DNA of 64,000 nucleotides. It comes from Candidatus Omnitrophota bacterium. GTDB lineage: Bacteria; Omnitrophota; Gorgyraeia; Zapsychrales; Fredricksoniimonadaceae. The stretch spans positions 1,192 to 65,191 of the forward strand of contig CAIOPG010000002.1 of the NCBI GenBank assembly GCA_903860135.1, written 5' to 3'. Numbering within the stretch: position 1 is the first letter of the stretch; every line of letters starts with the position of its first letter. The notes beneath the pieces were generated by a model. That model saw nothing but the letters and a program-made list of their open reading frames with translations, did no database searches and was not told where the DNA came from. Both the position numbers and the translations under genes were made by a program. This document shows, piece after piece, positions 1 through 9,064 of this stretch.

Positions 1-542
1 ATGATGATGATCACCGGAATACACAAGGAAAAGAAGAAGGCCGCCTTCGCGTTAAGGCTGTACATGAAAACGAGGATCAGGACCAGCGCCAACGCCCCGC
101 GCAAGGTGCTCGATAAAAACTGAGTGAAAAAATTATTGAGCGCCTCGGTATCATTGACAATGTTGGTGATGATGCTTCCCGAGGAATGCTGGTCAAAATA
201 TTTCAATGACAGCCCCTGGATGTGCCGGAAAAGGTCCATCCGTATGGCCCGGACAACAGCCTGCCCGGTCTTCTGCAGGGCAATATCCTGATAGTAGGAA
301 AAGGCAAATGAAAGGATCACCAGCCCAAGATACCCCGCCGCCATCCAAATGACCGCCTGGATATTGGGATGCGCGACAACAATAAAACGGTCAATGGCTT
401 CCTTGATAAGGTAAGGCTGGGCCAGTTCAATGGTTACAACAATGATCACAAACAATAATGACACCGCCACGCGCCACCGGTAAAGCCGAAGGTACGGTAA
501 GAAAATATGGAGCGAACTCTTGTGCCGGGGTTGTTGCCGCAT
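1..542 (-). CDS. ABC transporter permease/ATP-binding protein (exporter type), N-terminal part; 3' end lies beyond the window start
   Basis: Hand translation of the minus strand from the ATG at 542: MRQQPRHKSSLHIFLPYLRLYRWRVAVSLLFVIIVVTIELAQPYLIKEAIDRF...HSSGSIITNIV... This is a typical ABC-exporter transmembrane-domain N-terminus. It lies 12 nt downstream of the MFS gene on the same strand. Confidence 0.6.
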   Translation of the reverse strand, partial: MRQQPRHKSSLHIFLPYLRLYRWRVAVSLLFVIIVVTIELAQPYLIKEAIDRFIVVAHPNIQAVIWMAAGYLGLVILSFAFSYYQDIALQKTGQAVVRAIRMDLFRHIQGLSLKYFDQHSSGSIITNIVNDTEALNNFFTQFLSSTLRGALALVLILVFMYSLNAKAAFFFSLCIPVIII

Positions 543-554
543 GCTGATACCTGA

Positions 555-1850
555 TCACTGCTCGACGGCAATGATCCCCTTCTCAATATAAATCGGCAGG
601 ACCTTGGCTCTCAGTCGCGCAAAACTCTGCCAGAAGATCAATGTTGTCACCAAAGCCAGGCTGCCGCCGATCAAAAACGTGAGTGGCAACCCCAGTGTGC
701 CCGAAGACGCCCCTGCGATCACGCTCCCGACGGGGCCCGCCCCGATCAAAACCGTGCCATACAGGCTCATGATCCTGCCCCTTTTATCTTCCTCAACGAT
801 CGCCTGAAGGATCGAATTCGTTGAAGCCACCTGCATCATGGTCACAAAGCCGACAAGGAAGGACACCCCGGCGGCCAGACGGACATCATGCACATAGCCA
901 AAAGCCATGATAAGAAACCCCAGCCCCGGCAGTGCCACCCCGATATGCCGCCAAAGCCCGCGGATACTCTGTCGCCCTGCCAGGTACAAAGCCGCGCCTA
1001 CAGCACCGATACCAGCGGCCCCAATGATAAGACCGAAAGCTTCCGGCCCGGTGTGGTATTGCTCTTTCACAAAGACCGGCATCAGCGTCTGAAACGCCCC
1101 CTGCAACAGGCTCATGATACCCAGCATCAACAGGAGCGCCCGGATCGGCGAAAACCTGGTGGCATAACGGAAGCCTTCCCCGAGTTCTCCAAGAAAACTG
1201 CCGTTCCCGCCGGGTTTGGCCTGCCCGCGAGGCAACTTGAGGGACAATAGGACCATAACGATCGGGATAAAACTGAAGGCATTCAAGGTAAAACACCAGC
1301 CTTCCCCCACGAGCGCGATCAGGATACCCGCCAGTGCCGGCCCCAATAGCTTTGAAATGTTCATCGCTGATGCATTGAGCGCAATGGCATTGCTCAGATC
1401 GTTCTTGTCATCGATCAATTCCTTGATGAACGCTTGACGGATCGGCAGTTCAAAGGCATTGACGATCCCCAGGAAGAGGCCGAGGCCCATCAGGGTCGCC
1501 GTGTTCACCTTTCCCGTCAGGACAACCGCCGCCAGAAGGCACGCCTGGATCATCAGGCATGCCTGCGCCCAGAAAAGCAACCAGCGCCGGTCATAACGAT
1601 CGGAAAGAACCCCGGCAAACGGCGACAGGACGATCGACGGAGCCTGCGAAGCAAAGGCCACGGCGCCCAGGAGCAATGGCGAATGGGTCAAACGATACAC
1701 CAGCCAACCCATGGCCACCGCCTGCATCCAGGTCCCGATCGACGAAAATCCCCAGGCAAAATAATACCGCCGGTAATTGACATTTTTGAGCGCCCGGAAC
1801 ATCAATTCACGATGCGCATTGGACTGGTTTAATATCTCGCGGATAGGCAT
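555..1850 (-). CDS. MFS transporter (EntS/YbdA-like MFS family)
   Basis: 431-aa ORF with about 12 predicted TM helices. N-terminal motif YRRYYFAWGFSSIGTWMQAVAMGWLVY and loop SDRYDRRWLL are typical of macrolide/enterobactin-exporter-type MFS proteins. Confidence 0.8.
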   Translation of the reverse strand: MPIREILNQSNAHRELMFRALKNVNYRRYYFAWGFSSIGTWMQAVAMGWLVYRLTHSPLLLGAVAFASQAPSIVLSPFAGVLSDRYDRRWLLFWAQACLMIQACLLAAVVLTGKVNTATLMGLGLFLGIVNAFELPIRQAFIKELIDDKNDLSNAIALNASAMNISKLLGPALAGILIALVGEGWCFTLNAFSFIPIVMVLLSLKLPRGQAKPGGNGSFLGELGEGFRYATRFSPIRALLLMLGIMSLLQGAFQTLMPVFVKEQYHTGPEAFGLIIGAAGIGAVGAALYLAGRQSIRGLWRHIGVALPGLGFLIMAFGYVHDVRLAAGVSFLVGFVTMMQVASTNSILQAIVEEDKRGRIMSLYGTVLIGAGPVGSVIAGASSGTLGLPLTFLIGGSLALVTTLIFWQSFARLRAKVLPIYIEKGIIAVEQ

Positions 1851-1853
1851 ACG

Positions 1854-3704
1854 CTATGGCTCTTCTTCCACGCCGGCTGACTGCGCGGCTTCAACTTCCT
1901 GCTCAACCATAAGAATATTCCCCTGCGTCCCGGTCATCGCCGAAGGCGACGGTGCTGGCACGGTGGTATCGCCGGATTGTTTCTGCCACAAACGGGCGTA
2001 AAGCCCCCGCGCCTCTACCAGCGCCTCATGTGTGCCGCGCTCCACAATACGCCCTTCTTCGAGCATCAGGATCTCATCCGCATGCCGGACAGCGCTTAAA
2101 CGATGCGCGATCACGATCGTTGTTTTGCGGTTGAGCCCTGTGGCCATGTCCTGCAAATTCTTCACAATGATGCGTTCGGTCTTTGTGTCCACCGCGCTCA
2201 AGCTGTCGTCGAGTATCTGCAACGGCGCATCCTTGTAGATCATCCGTGCGATGGCAACCCGCTGTTTCTGCCCGCCCGAAAGGCGCACCCCCTGTTCGCC
2301 GATCTCCGTACGGTAACCTTCAGGGAAATGCCGGATATTCTCATCCACGGATGCCACACGCGCCGCCAATTCTGCCCGACCAAGATCAGGCTGAACATCC
2401 GAAAAACCGATATTGTTCAAGACCGACGCTGAAAATAAGAAACCATCTTGCGGGACATAAGCGATCCCCTGACGCAGGCGCAATAAAGGATACCGCAGAA
2501 TATCCTCATCGTCGATAAACAGCATCCCCGGAGCTGGGTCATACAATCTCAGCAATAGATTAGCCAGCGTCGTCTTGCCACTGCCCATGGAGCCGATAAT
2601 GCCGAGCGTCCGGCCTTGCTGAAGATCAAACGAAATATCCGTCAGCACATCCCGATCAGTACCCGGATAACGGAACGTCAGGTTATCGGCCCTGATATGC
2701 CCCCGCACAGGACGATCGCATAAAACTCCCGCCCGGTCCTGTACCGCCGGAACGACGTTCAACAAGGCCGCAAGCCGGTCCAGTGATGCCGCGGCACGCT
2801 GGCCCATATTAAACACCTGCCCGAGATGTTCCAGGGGCATTTTCAACATCATCAGATACAACGTGAAGGCGATCAAATCGCCCAGTGAAATGGCCCCGGA
2901 GATCGTCAGTGATCCGCCATACCCCATGACAATAACAAACCCCAGCGATGCCATGAGCGGGATCAGGGCACTGAAAAGCGCTGACAAGCGCACAAACTTA
3001 ATCTTCTCGTCAACAATCACGTCGACTTTCCGTGCGAACTGATCCAGGGATACAGCTTCATTGCCAAAAGCCTTGACCGCCCGGATCCCGCCGATAACTT
3101 CCTCGACCGTCTGGGCCATCCGGCCAAGGGCCTCCTGGGAACGCGTCGACTGGTGCTTGATCCGGGGCCCCATGATACGGACGATCACCGGGATCATGAT
3201 CAGCGGGCCCAATCCGGCCACAGTCAGGCGCCAATCCATATGCACCGCCATCATGAAAGCTGCCGCCCCCAGCAGTGACACCCCCGCGATCGACACATTC
3301 AACCCCATGGTCATCAGTTCGCGGACCGCTTCGACGTCGCTCAAAGCATGCGACAGAAGATCGCCAATGCTGTGCCGGTGATAATAGCCGGGGGGCATTG
3401 CCTCCCATTTCACAAAAAGATCACGCCGGAGTTTATAAGCCAACAGGCGCCCATGAGAATGGATCAACGTGCGGCCCAGCCAGCCCGCCACCACACGGAT
3501 CAACCCGATCCCGATGATCCACCCCGCACCTACCGCCACATCCCCGGCACCGATAGCACCGCGCTGTAACCTATCGGTCATCAGCCCGATCAAACGGGGG
3601 ATCCACACATTCAGGAGGCTGGACCCGATCAAAAGCGCTGCCCCCATGCTGTAGATCACAGCATATCCTTTGACATGCGCCCCGATGATACGCCAACCCG
3701 ACAT
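1854..3704 (-). CDS. ABC transporter ATP-binding/permease protein (MsbA-like exporter)
   Basis: 616 aa with an N-terminal 6-TM domain. Walker A GSMGSGKTT, ABC signature LSGGQKQRVAIARM, Walker B LQILDDSLSAVD. Confidence 0.85.
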   Translation of the reverse strand: MSGWRIIGAHVKGYAVIYSMGAALLIGSSLLNVWIPRLIGLMTDRLQRGAIGAGDVAVGAGWIIGIGLIRVVAGWLGRTLIHSHGRLLAYKLRRDLFVKWEAMPPGYYHRHSIGDLLSHALSDVEAVRELMTMGLNVSIAGVSLLGAAAFMMAVHMDWRLTVAGLGPLIMIPVIVRIMGPRIKHQSTRSQEALGRMAQTVEEVIGGIRAVKAFGNEAVSLDQFARKVDVIVDEKIKFVRLSALFSALIPLMASLGFVIVMGYGGSLTISGAISLGDLIAFTLYLMMLKMPLEHLGQVFNMGQRAAASLDRLAALLNVVPAVQDRAGVLCDRPVRGHIRADNLTFRYPGTDRDVLTDISFDLQQGRTLGIIGSMGSGKTTLANLLLRLYDPAPGMLFIDDEDILRYPLLRLRQGIAYVPQDGFLFSASVLNNIGFSDVQPDLGRAELAARVASVDENIRHFPEGYRTEIGEQGVRLSGGQKQRVAIARMIYKDAPLQILDDSLSAVDTKTERIIVKNLQDMATGLNRKTTIVIAHRLSAVRHADEILMLEEGRIVERGTHEALVEARGLYARLWQKQSGDTTVPAPSPSAMTGTQGNILMVEQEVEAAQSAGVEEEP

Positions 3705-3748
3705 ACGCTCGACCTTTCGGGAGGGTCACAGCCCTCCCCTGCACACCA

Positions 3749-5029
3749 TTATACTTCCACCTCATGATTAAACAAACGCGCGAGATCTGTATCCGGATGA
3801 ATGCCGCAACGCTTGAAGTCATTGCAGTCAACCCCCAGGTGATACTGCCGGCGAATATCGTGCAACCCCTTTGTCAACCGGATAACATACTCCAGCGACG
3901 GGTGTTTCTGCTTCTGGGCATAGAACAATGATCCCTGCGCCAGGCGCAGGATGTTAGCCGACGTCGTCACGCCATGCCGGGCAAAGAATGCAGCACCTTC
4001 AAAGTTCGACCTCAACGCCGCTTCTTCATCTTTAAATCCGTGTGGCTGTGACAATTCCGCCCCGCACACAAACTGCGAACACACATTGCCTCGCCCGAAC
4101 ACCTCCACTCCCGCGATCGCATTGTTGACCCAATAATCCCAGCCAAAGAATTTCGCTTTCCCGGGGCAAATGATATTGAACAACTGCTTGTCCCAGACTT
4201 CCAGGTGCGGCTCTATGGCCGTCACCCCGGCGTCACGGTAACGCAGGAGCTGGTCTTGAGGCACCGCGCTTGAAATGAGGCGCAGCGGGAACGGACGCTT
4301 CCCGAATACCCGCTGGAGCGTCCGGGACACCTTGATGATCTCCTCGACCTCGCGATCATACGGGCGCTCACCCTGAGGATCCGAACCCACAATGAAGGCA
4401 AAGCTTGTCCAGCGGCCTTGTTCCTTGAGGGCCTCGTTCACCGTCTCATAAATATCCTGCAATGACGCTTCGGTATGCGTCTCGTTCTTGGTGGTGAAAT
4501 TCTGCACAGAGCCGCAATACTGGCAAGCCAGTTTGTGTTTCCAGAAATAGCAATAATTATACACGTTAATGCCTAAAACATTACTGCTCCCGCGCACCAC
4601 CTTGTTCATCGGAATGCCCCGGCTTGTTGTTTTGCCATAAAACTGCGGCACCGGCGTGAAAAAAACAGGTTCAACCTTCTTTTCACCATCCAAAAGCCAG
4701 GCTTTGCCGTCGACAATATCCAGGGTGTACGGATTACCGATGCGCTGAAGATGGTATTTCTTGACGGAGATAGAATCTTCCAGCCCGCGGACGATCGACC
4801 CGTCGCGAAACTGCGCCCCTCCAAAAACAAGCTCACCTTCACCTTTGTCATCTTCTTTTGCTTCCGGTGCCCTGAAAATAGCCCCGTCTTGCTCGGCCTG
4901 TGCCACCGCCGCCGCCGTAACCTGCACCCCGCGGTACGCCGTGTCGAGCTTGATGATCGTGATCCGGGGATAATCAGGATACTTTACTATAAGTTCCTTA
5001 ACACTCAAATCATTTCCTGCCTGACCCAT
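3749..5029 (-). CDS. Hypothetical two-domain protein, radical-SAM-like, with a non-canonical Cx8Cx2C cysteine cluster
   Basis: 426 aa. The central motif NYCYFWKHKLACQYCG spaces its cysteines as C-x8-C-x2-C rather than the CxxxCxxC of canonical radical SAM enzymes. It is followed by FAFIVGSDP (GGE-like) and a segment resembling an alpha/beta-barrel core. The N-terminal domain of about 130 aa is unassigned. The call is uncertain. Confidence 0.35.
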   Translation of the reverse strand: MGQAGNDLSVKELIVKYPDYPRITIIKLDTAYRGVQVTAAAVAQAEQDGAIFRAPEAKEDDKGEGELVFGGAQFRDGSIVRGLEDSISVKKYHLQRIGNPYTLDIVDGKAWLLDGEKKVEPVFFTPVPQFYGKTTSRGIPMNKVVRGSSNVLGINVYNYCYFWKHKLACQYCGSVQNFTTKNETHTEASLQDIYETVNEALKEQGRWTSFAFIVGSDPQGERPYDREVEEIIKVSRTLQRVFGKRPFPLRLISSAVPQDQLLRYRDAGVTAIEPHLEVWDKQLFNIICPGKAKFFGWDYWVNNAIAGVEVFGRGNVCSQFVCGAELSQPHGFKDEEAALRSNFEGAAFFARHGVTTSANILRLAQGSLFYAQKQKHPSLEYVIRLTKGLHDIRRQYHLGVDCNDFKRCGIHPDTDLARLFNHEVEV

Positions 5030-5059
5030 ATAACCTCCCTTTTTCTCAAGTAAAAACTA

Positions 5060-5533
5060 TTAAGCCGCAACCAGTTCTCTGTCCAGGTGACGGAAGAACG
5101 GATGCTTCGTATCTTCCTCAGCCCTTCGCACCGACGGAGTTTCATCCTTGACCGACTCCGGACGAATATACCACAGGCCCGAAAGCTCGGAATCAGGGCC
5201 TTTCCTGGCACGCAATTTCCGGTAATACTCCCGGAACAGATTGCTCACAAAGTCATACCGCTCCACCTTGCCCTTGATCTGATATGACGTGCCATCCCTA
5301 CCTTTAACAGTGATCGCCACATGCTTGTCAAACCACAGGGAATGGATCAGGTTTGAATTGGTGTGCGACGACTCAATGACCTCGGCGTAAACGATCGTGC
5401 CGTCATCGAGAAGATCGATCTTGTGGTTCTTGAACACCACATGCGGATGCCCCTTATCGTCGACCGTCGCCAACACCTTGAATACATCCGGATCTTTTAA
5501 CAATGCTTTTACCTCAGGTGATAAGACACTCAT
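5060..5533 (-). CDS. Pyridoxamine 5'-phosphate oxidase-like FMN-binding split-barrel protein
   Basis: 157 aa. LATVDDKGHPHVVFK...YAEV pattern is typical of PNPOx-like/general stress protein 26 fold proteins. Confidence 0.5.
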   Translation of the reverse strand: MSVLSPEVKALLKDPDVFKVLATVDDKGHPHVVFKNHKIDLLDDGTIVYAEVIESSHTNSNLIHSLWFDKHVAITVKGRDGTSYQIKGKVERYDFVSNLFREYYRKLRARKGPDSELSGLWYIRPESVKDETPSVRRAEEDTKHPFFRHLDRELVAA

Positions 5534-5557
5534 ACAACCTCTTTTCCTTTATTGCGT

Positions 5558-6634
5558 TCATTTAACATTAATATTCCCGTCAACATCATGCGGCGGCCAG
5601 AAGTCTTCAAGCCCCTGCGCCTTGAGCGCCGCGTTCAGGTAACTCCGGTCGACCCACTCATCCACGTCGAATTCCTTGCGGATAAACCCTCTTTCCTTGG
5701 CGAAGGCCACCGCATTTTTGTAGTGCTGGACCGCGAACGGATCCAGCAGAGGATCGATAATCTCCTTAACCTCACGGCCCTCAAGGTCTTCCTTGTAAAA
5801 TGCCAGCGGTGTGCCCGTCATGGCCATGAGCCTCAGCACCTCTTGTCGATTCTCAGGCAAAGATGCCCAGTACGCTGTCTGCACATACACATTCATGATC
5901 CGCTGAATGATCTCCGGGTGTTCTTTGGAAAAACGGTCCAGGACAACCACCTGGCCAAACGCCTTCCAATCGTCGGGCACGCCTTTATCACCGGTACTCC
6001 AGATGAGCCTCGCAAGCCCCTGATTGCGCAGCTTGAGCAAGTTGGTACTGCCGAATAAAGCATCGATCTCTCCTCCCGATAACGCATTATCACCGTCCTG
6101 GCCGGAAAGATTGATCAGCCTGAAATCTTTCTCCTGCAACCCCTGTGATTTGATCAGATTATTAAAAACAAGCTGTGAGGTTGTCCCTTTGGAAATCCCG
6201 ATCTTTTTCCCGCGAAGGTCGGCAATGCTTTTAGCATTCGAATCTTTGGGAACAGCAATATACGCCGACGTCCTTTTGTAACTTGTCGAGATCAAATGGT
6301 GCCGTACCCCGCCAGCCCGTGAAATGATCGCCGGAAAATCCCCATAAGCCCCTATATCCAGCAGGCCATTGGCAAAGGCCTCATTGATCGCCGGGCCAGC
6401 CCCCTTGAACACCGTCCAGTTGATCTTGATCCCGTCAGGCTCGAATTCCTTTTCCAAAGCCCCTTTGGCCAGAACAAGCCCGACCAGATAAATAGAGAAC
6501 GGCTTGCCGTAACCACCGCCCGAGCAACCGAAGCGGATCTCTTTAAGCTTCTGGGGTTCTGCCGATGCCGTTGTGGCCCCGACGGCACTCACAATAAATA
6601 CTCCTGCCAACACCATGCTCCATAACCTTTTCAT
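5558..6634 (-). CDS. ABC-type periplasmic substrate-binding protein, NMT1/SsuA (NitT/TauT) family
   Basis: Signal peptide MKRLWSMVLAGVFIVSAVGATTASA. Binding-protein fold motifs IRFGCSGGGYGKPF and KIGISKGTTSQ, as in aliphatic sulfonate/nitrate/thiamin-precursor binding proteins. Confidence 0.65.
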   Translation of the reverse strand: MKRLWSMVLAGVFIVSAVGATTASAEPQKLKEIRFGCSGGGYGKPFSIYLVGLVLAKGALEKEFEPDGIKINWTVFKGAGPAINEAFANGLLDIGAYGDFPAIISRAGGVRHHLISTSYKRTSAYIAVPKDSNAKSIADLRGKKIGISKGTTSQLVFNNLIKSQGLQEKDFRLINLSGQDGDNALSGGEIDALFGSTNLLKLRNQGLARLIWSTGDKGVPDDWKAFGQVVVLDRFSKEHPEIIQRIMNVYVQTAYWASLPENRQEVLRLMAMTGTPLAFYKEDLEGREVKEIIDPLLDPFAVQHYKNAVAFAKERGFIRKEFDVDEWVDRSYLNAALKAQGLEDFWPPHDVDGNINVK

Positions 6635-6659
6635 ATATACATCTCCTTGTTATTACTGA

Positions 6660-8066
6660 TTAAAAACCATACTGAAACTGCACTAAATATTCGTCATACG
6701 CCGCCCCTGCTACCACGCCCTTGTTCTGATTCGTCACATGATTCACATTCAGCTGAAGCTTGGTGGTTTCGGCGAAAAATATATTCAGCCCCAGCGTCCG
6801 GGTGCCGATCTGGTCATGGCTGACCGTTTTGTTCGGATCCCACTTCTCATAACGGATGAACGGCTGATAGGTCTTCGGATACCAGTCATCAAAGCGTTCC
6901 TGATCCTTGTTCTTCAGGAACTGCTGGCCGAAGTTATAATATCCCGTGAAAATATACCCGTCACTGCGCGTCTGGCGTTCCACGGCGTTGGCTGGCGTCG
7001 TCCCTGTCAAGGTGGGATCAATGCCCTGGGCATATTCAGCGGTAAGGCCGACGGGCATGCGGTTGTACGCCACATCATACCCCCACCTGTTCCTGTTCAA
7101 CCGGCGCGTAAGATTGGTGCTTGTCGATGATGTCACCGACTTCGGTCCGCTCCAACCGGAAACGCCTGCCGACAAACCTCTAAAAATGGAATTGTAATCC
7201 ACCGGCGCGTTCAACCCCACACGCCCGACAAGATCCTTGGACGCATTGTCATCCACCCCGTTACCGCTGGCCACACCCTTGCCGTTAACAACACCAAAAG
7301 CATATTCAACGAGTGGCGCGCGGTAATTGAACGCATAATCTGTCGTCGGCAAAAGATCACCGCGAAAAATGATACCGACGTCACGCGTCCCCAAAGCCAG
7401 GTTCGTATCCGTGAGGGCTGTGTTGATCGTTGGCTTGTATTCATCGCCCGTCTGCGGGTCACGCCCGAAAGGCTTTTTCTGCTGCCCCACCGCCACCGCT
7501 AATAATGGTGTCGATATATCCTTGGTCGCCAGAAAATTATACGTCAGGTAACCGTCGGTCAATAATGGCGCCGCACCATTGGCACTGCTCAACCCGAAAG
7601 CATAATCCAGGTTCTTGCCTTCCTGGTTATCTTTATACAGATTGCCTTTAAACGTCAACCCCACCGATGGCACGCTGAAGCCGTTGCTCGTCGTAGCCGT
7701 TGCGCTGCGCGATACAGTGGCGCGCGTTGTTACGGTGCCACCGAGCGTGAGCGAACGTTTGGTCTGGGCGGTCTTCTTGTCCAAGGTCCTCTGCCACTGA
7801 TCGCGCAGGGTGTCAAGGTCGTTCCTGACACCATCAAGGTCGTTCTGTGTGGCCACCTCCGCCGCAGGTTCCTGTGCCGTAACAGAAAATTTACCCTGCG
7901 CGGTCTTCACCGTCTTTAATTCATCCTTCAAGAACTTAACCTCATCGCGCAATGCCTGCAGTTCTCCTTTTAGATCTGCCAGGTCATCGGCAAATGCCGG
8001 ATCAAATGAATTGGCCAGAAAAATAACGGCCAATAATGCCACGGCGATACGTTTCAACTTCTTCAT
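6660..8066 (-). CDS. Outer-membrane porin (porin O/P-like beta-barrel) with N-terminal coiled-coil
   Basis: Signal peptide MKKLKRIAVALLAVIFLANSFDPAFA. Heptad-rich segment DLADLKGELQALRDEVKFLKDELK. Alternating amphipathic beta-strands, ending in ...QFQYGF (C-terminal Phe is an OMP signature). Confidence 0.55.
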   Translation of the reverse strand: MKKLKRIAVALLAVIFLANSFDPAFADDLADLKGELQALRDEVKFLKDELKTVKTAQGKFSVTAQEPAAEVATQNDLDGVRNDLDTLRDQWQRTLDKKTAQTKRSLTLGGTVTTRATVSRSATATTSNGFSVPSVGLTFKGNLYKDNQEGKNLDYAFGLSSANGAAPLLTDGYLTYNFLATKDISTPLLAVAVGQQKKPFGRDPQTGDEYKPTINTALTDTNLALGTRDVGIIFRGDLLPTTDYAFNYRAPLVEYAFGVVNGKGVASGNGVDDNASKDLVGRVGLNAPVDYNSIFRGLSAGVSGWSGPKSVTSSTSTNLTRRLNRNRWGYDVAYNRMPVGLTAEYAQGIDPTLTGTTPANAVERQTRSDGYIFTGYYNFGQQFLKNKDQERFDDWYPKTYQPFIRYEKWDPNKTVSHDQIGTRTLGLNIFFAETTKLQLNVNHVTNQNKGVVAGAAYDEYLVQFQYGF

Positions 8067-8195
8067 AAGAATCCCTCCCTTATCCTCTATTAATTTGCGT
8101 CTTCTCTATCTATGTCCTGAACTGTTCCCGCCCAACCTTCACGGCAGCGCTGCTTTGTGCTGTGACGCCCAGTTCTTAAAAAAAGAAAAAGGCTA

Positions 8196-8225
8196 AAAAA
8201 ACATCCGGGTCGTCCCGAATATATC
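8196..8225 (-). terminator. Putative rho-independent terminator downstream of the tautomerase gene
   Basis: Minus-strand read UCGGGACGACCCGA hairpin followed by UGUUUUUUUAGCC. Confidence 0.4.
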
Positions 8226-8274
8226 TTTAGCCTTCCAGTTGACTGGTAAAACTAACGCAACTATTTTTGCTACA

Positions 8275-8454
8275 TCATCCCAGGAGGTTGTCCCCCTTGG
8301 CCCAATTTTCCGCGCTATACTCCTCGATCACCAACTGCGTCTTATCCTTGGCCTTGCCCACCACCTTTAACAAGGTATCCGAGAATTCCCTGGCAATGAT
8401 TTGCTTCTGTTCGCGGGTCAATTTCCCAACAAGCTTCAAGTTAATGAACGGCAT
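8275..8454 (-). CDS. 4-oxalocrotonate tautomerase family protein (59 aa; below the ORF-track length cutoff)
   Basis: Hand translation: MPFINLKLVGKLTREQKQIIAREFSDTLLKVVGKAKDKTQLVIEEYSAENWAKGDNLLG. Met-Pro start (catalytic Pro1 after Met removal), about 60 aa, beta-alpha-beta tautomerase pattern. It overlaps the spurious plus-strand ORF 8267..8470. Confidence 0.7.
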   Translation of the reverse strand: MPFINLKLVGKLTREQKQIIAREFSDTLLKVVGKAKDKTQLVIEEYSAENWAKGDNLLG

Positions 8455-8818
8455 AGTTTTCCTTTCCTAAAATAAAAAACCCACTCTATCAGCTCAACCA
8501 GCGATAAGTAGTGGGTTGTCCCGTCTACGCATCAAATCCAATATCACGACCATCTCTACTGAGATGGTAGAAATATACCACACGCAACAAAGTTGTCAAG
8601 AATATTTTTTACACCCGACGACGCTGAAACTATTTATTAATGAAAACATCCTCTGCTCACCCTTTCACCGGAAAAATCTTCAGGTATTCTCCGGCAGGAG
8701 TAACGGATAATATACGCGGGGCTTTTCGACATGTTTAGCGCAAATACTGCGTTCCCTTGATCATTATTGCGGAAATTCCGAATTTATGATATTCTTCATG
8801 GAAGAAAAGGAGATCGTT

Positions 8819-9061
8819 ATGACGATTACATTGACAGGAAAAAATCAGATCACTATCCCTGGAAAATTTGTAAAACACCTCGGACTATCGAGAGGATCAC
8901 TGTTTGACATCCGGCTCAACGGCAACCGGCTGGAACTTGTCCCCATGGAAACCATCGAAAAGACATTCACCGATGAAGAATACCTGAAACTTGAAAACAT
9001 TTTTCAGAAAGAAAAAAATACCGCCAAAAAGATAACATGCGAAAATATCGAAAGGCTCTAA
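8819..9061 (+). CDS. Type II antitoxin, AbrB/MazE/SpoVT looped-hinge-helix family
   Basis: MTITLTGKNQITIPGKFVKHLGLSRGSLFDIRLNGNRLELVP is the SpoVT/AbrB-like swapped-hairpin pattern. RBS AAGGAG lies 8 nt upstream of this ATG. It is 3 nt upstream of the toxin gene. Confidence 0.6.
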   Translation: MTITLTGKNQITIPGKFVKHLGLSRGSLFDIRLNGNRLELVPMETIEKTFTDEEYLKLENIFQKEKNTAKKITCENIERL

Positions 9062-9064
9062 CCC

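Noticed and set aside
604-3654. Numerous 60-130 aa plus-strand ORFs (for example 604..807, 888..1250, 1434..1832, 2103..2432, 3061..3381) inside the MFS and ABC genes
   Set aside because: They are antisense shadows of well-supported minus-strand genes. They are Arg/Pro-rich as expected from reading GC-rich coding DNA in the wrong frame or strand. Similar shadow ORFs throughout the window were ignored.
8267-8470. Plus-strand ORF of 67 aa listed in the track
   Set aside because: It overlaps the hand-identified tautomerase gene on the minus strand and has no recognisable features.
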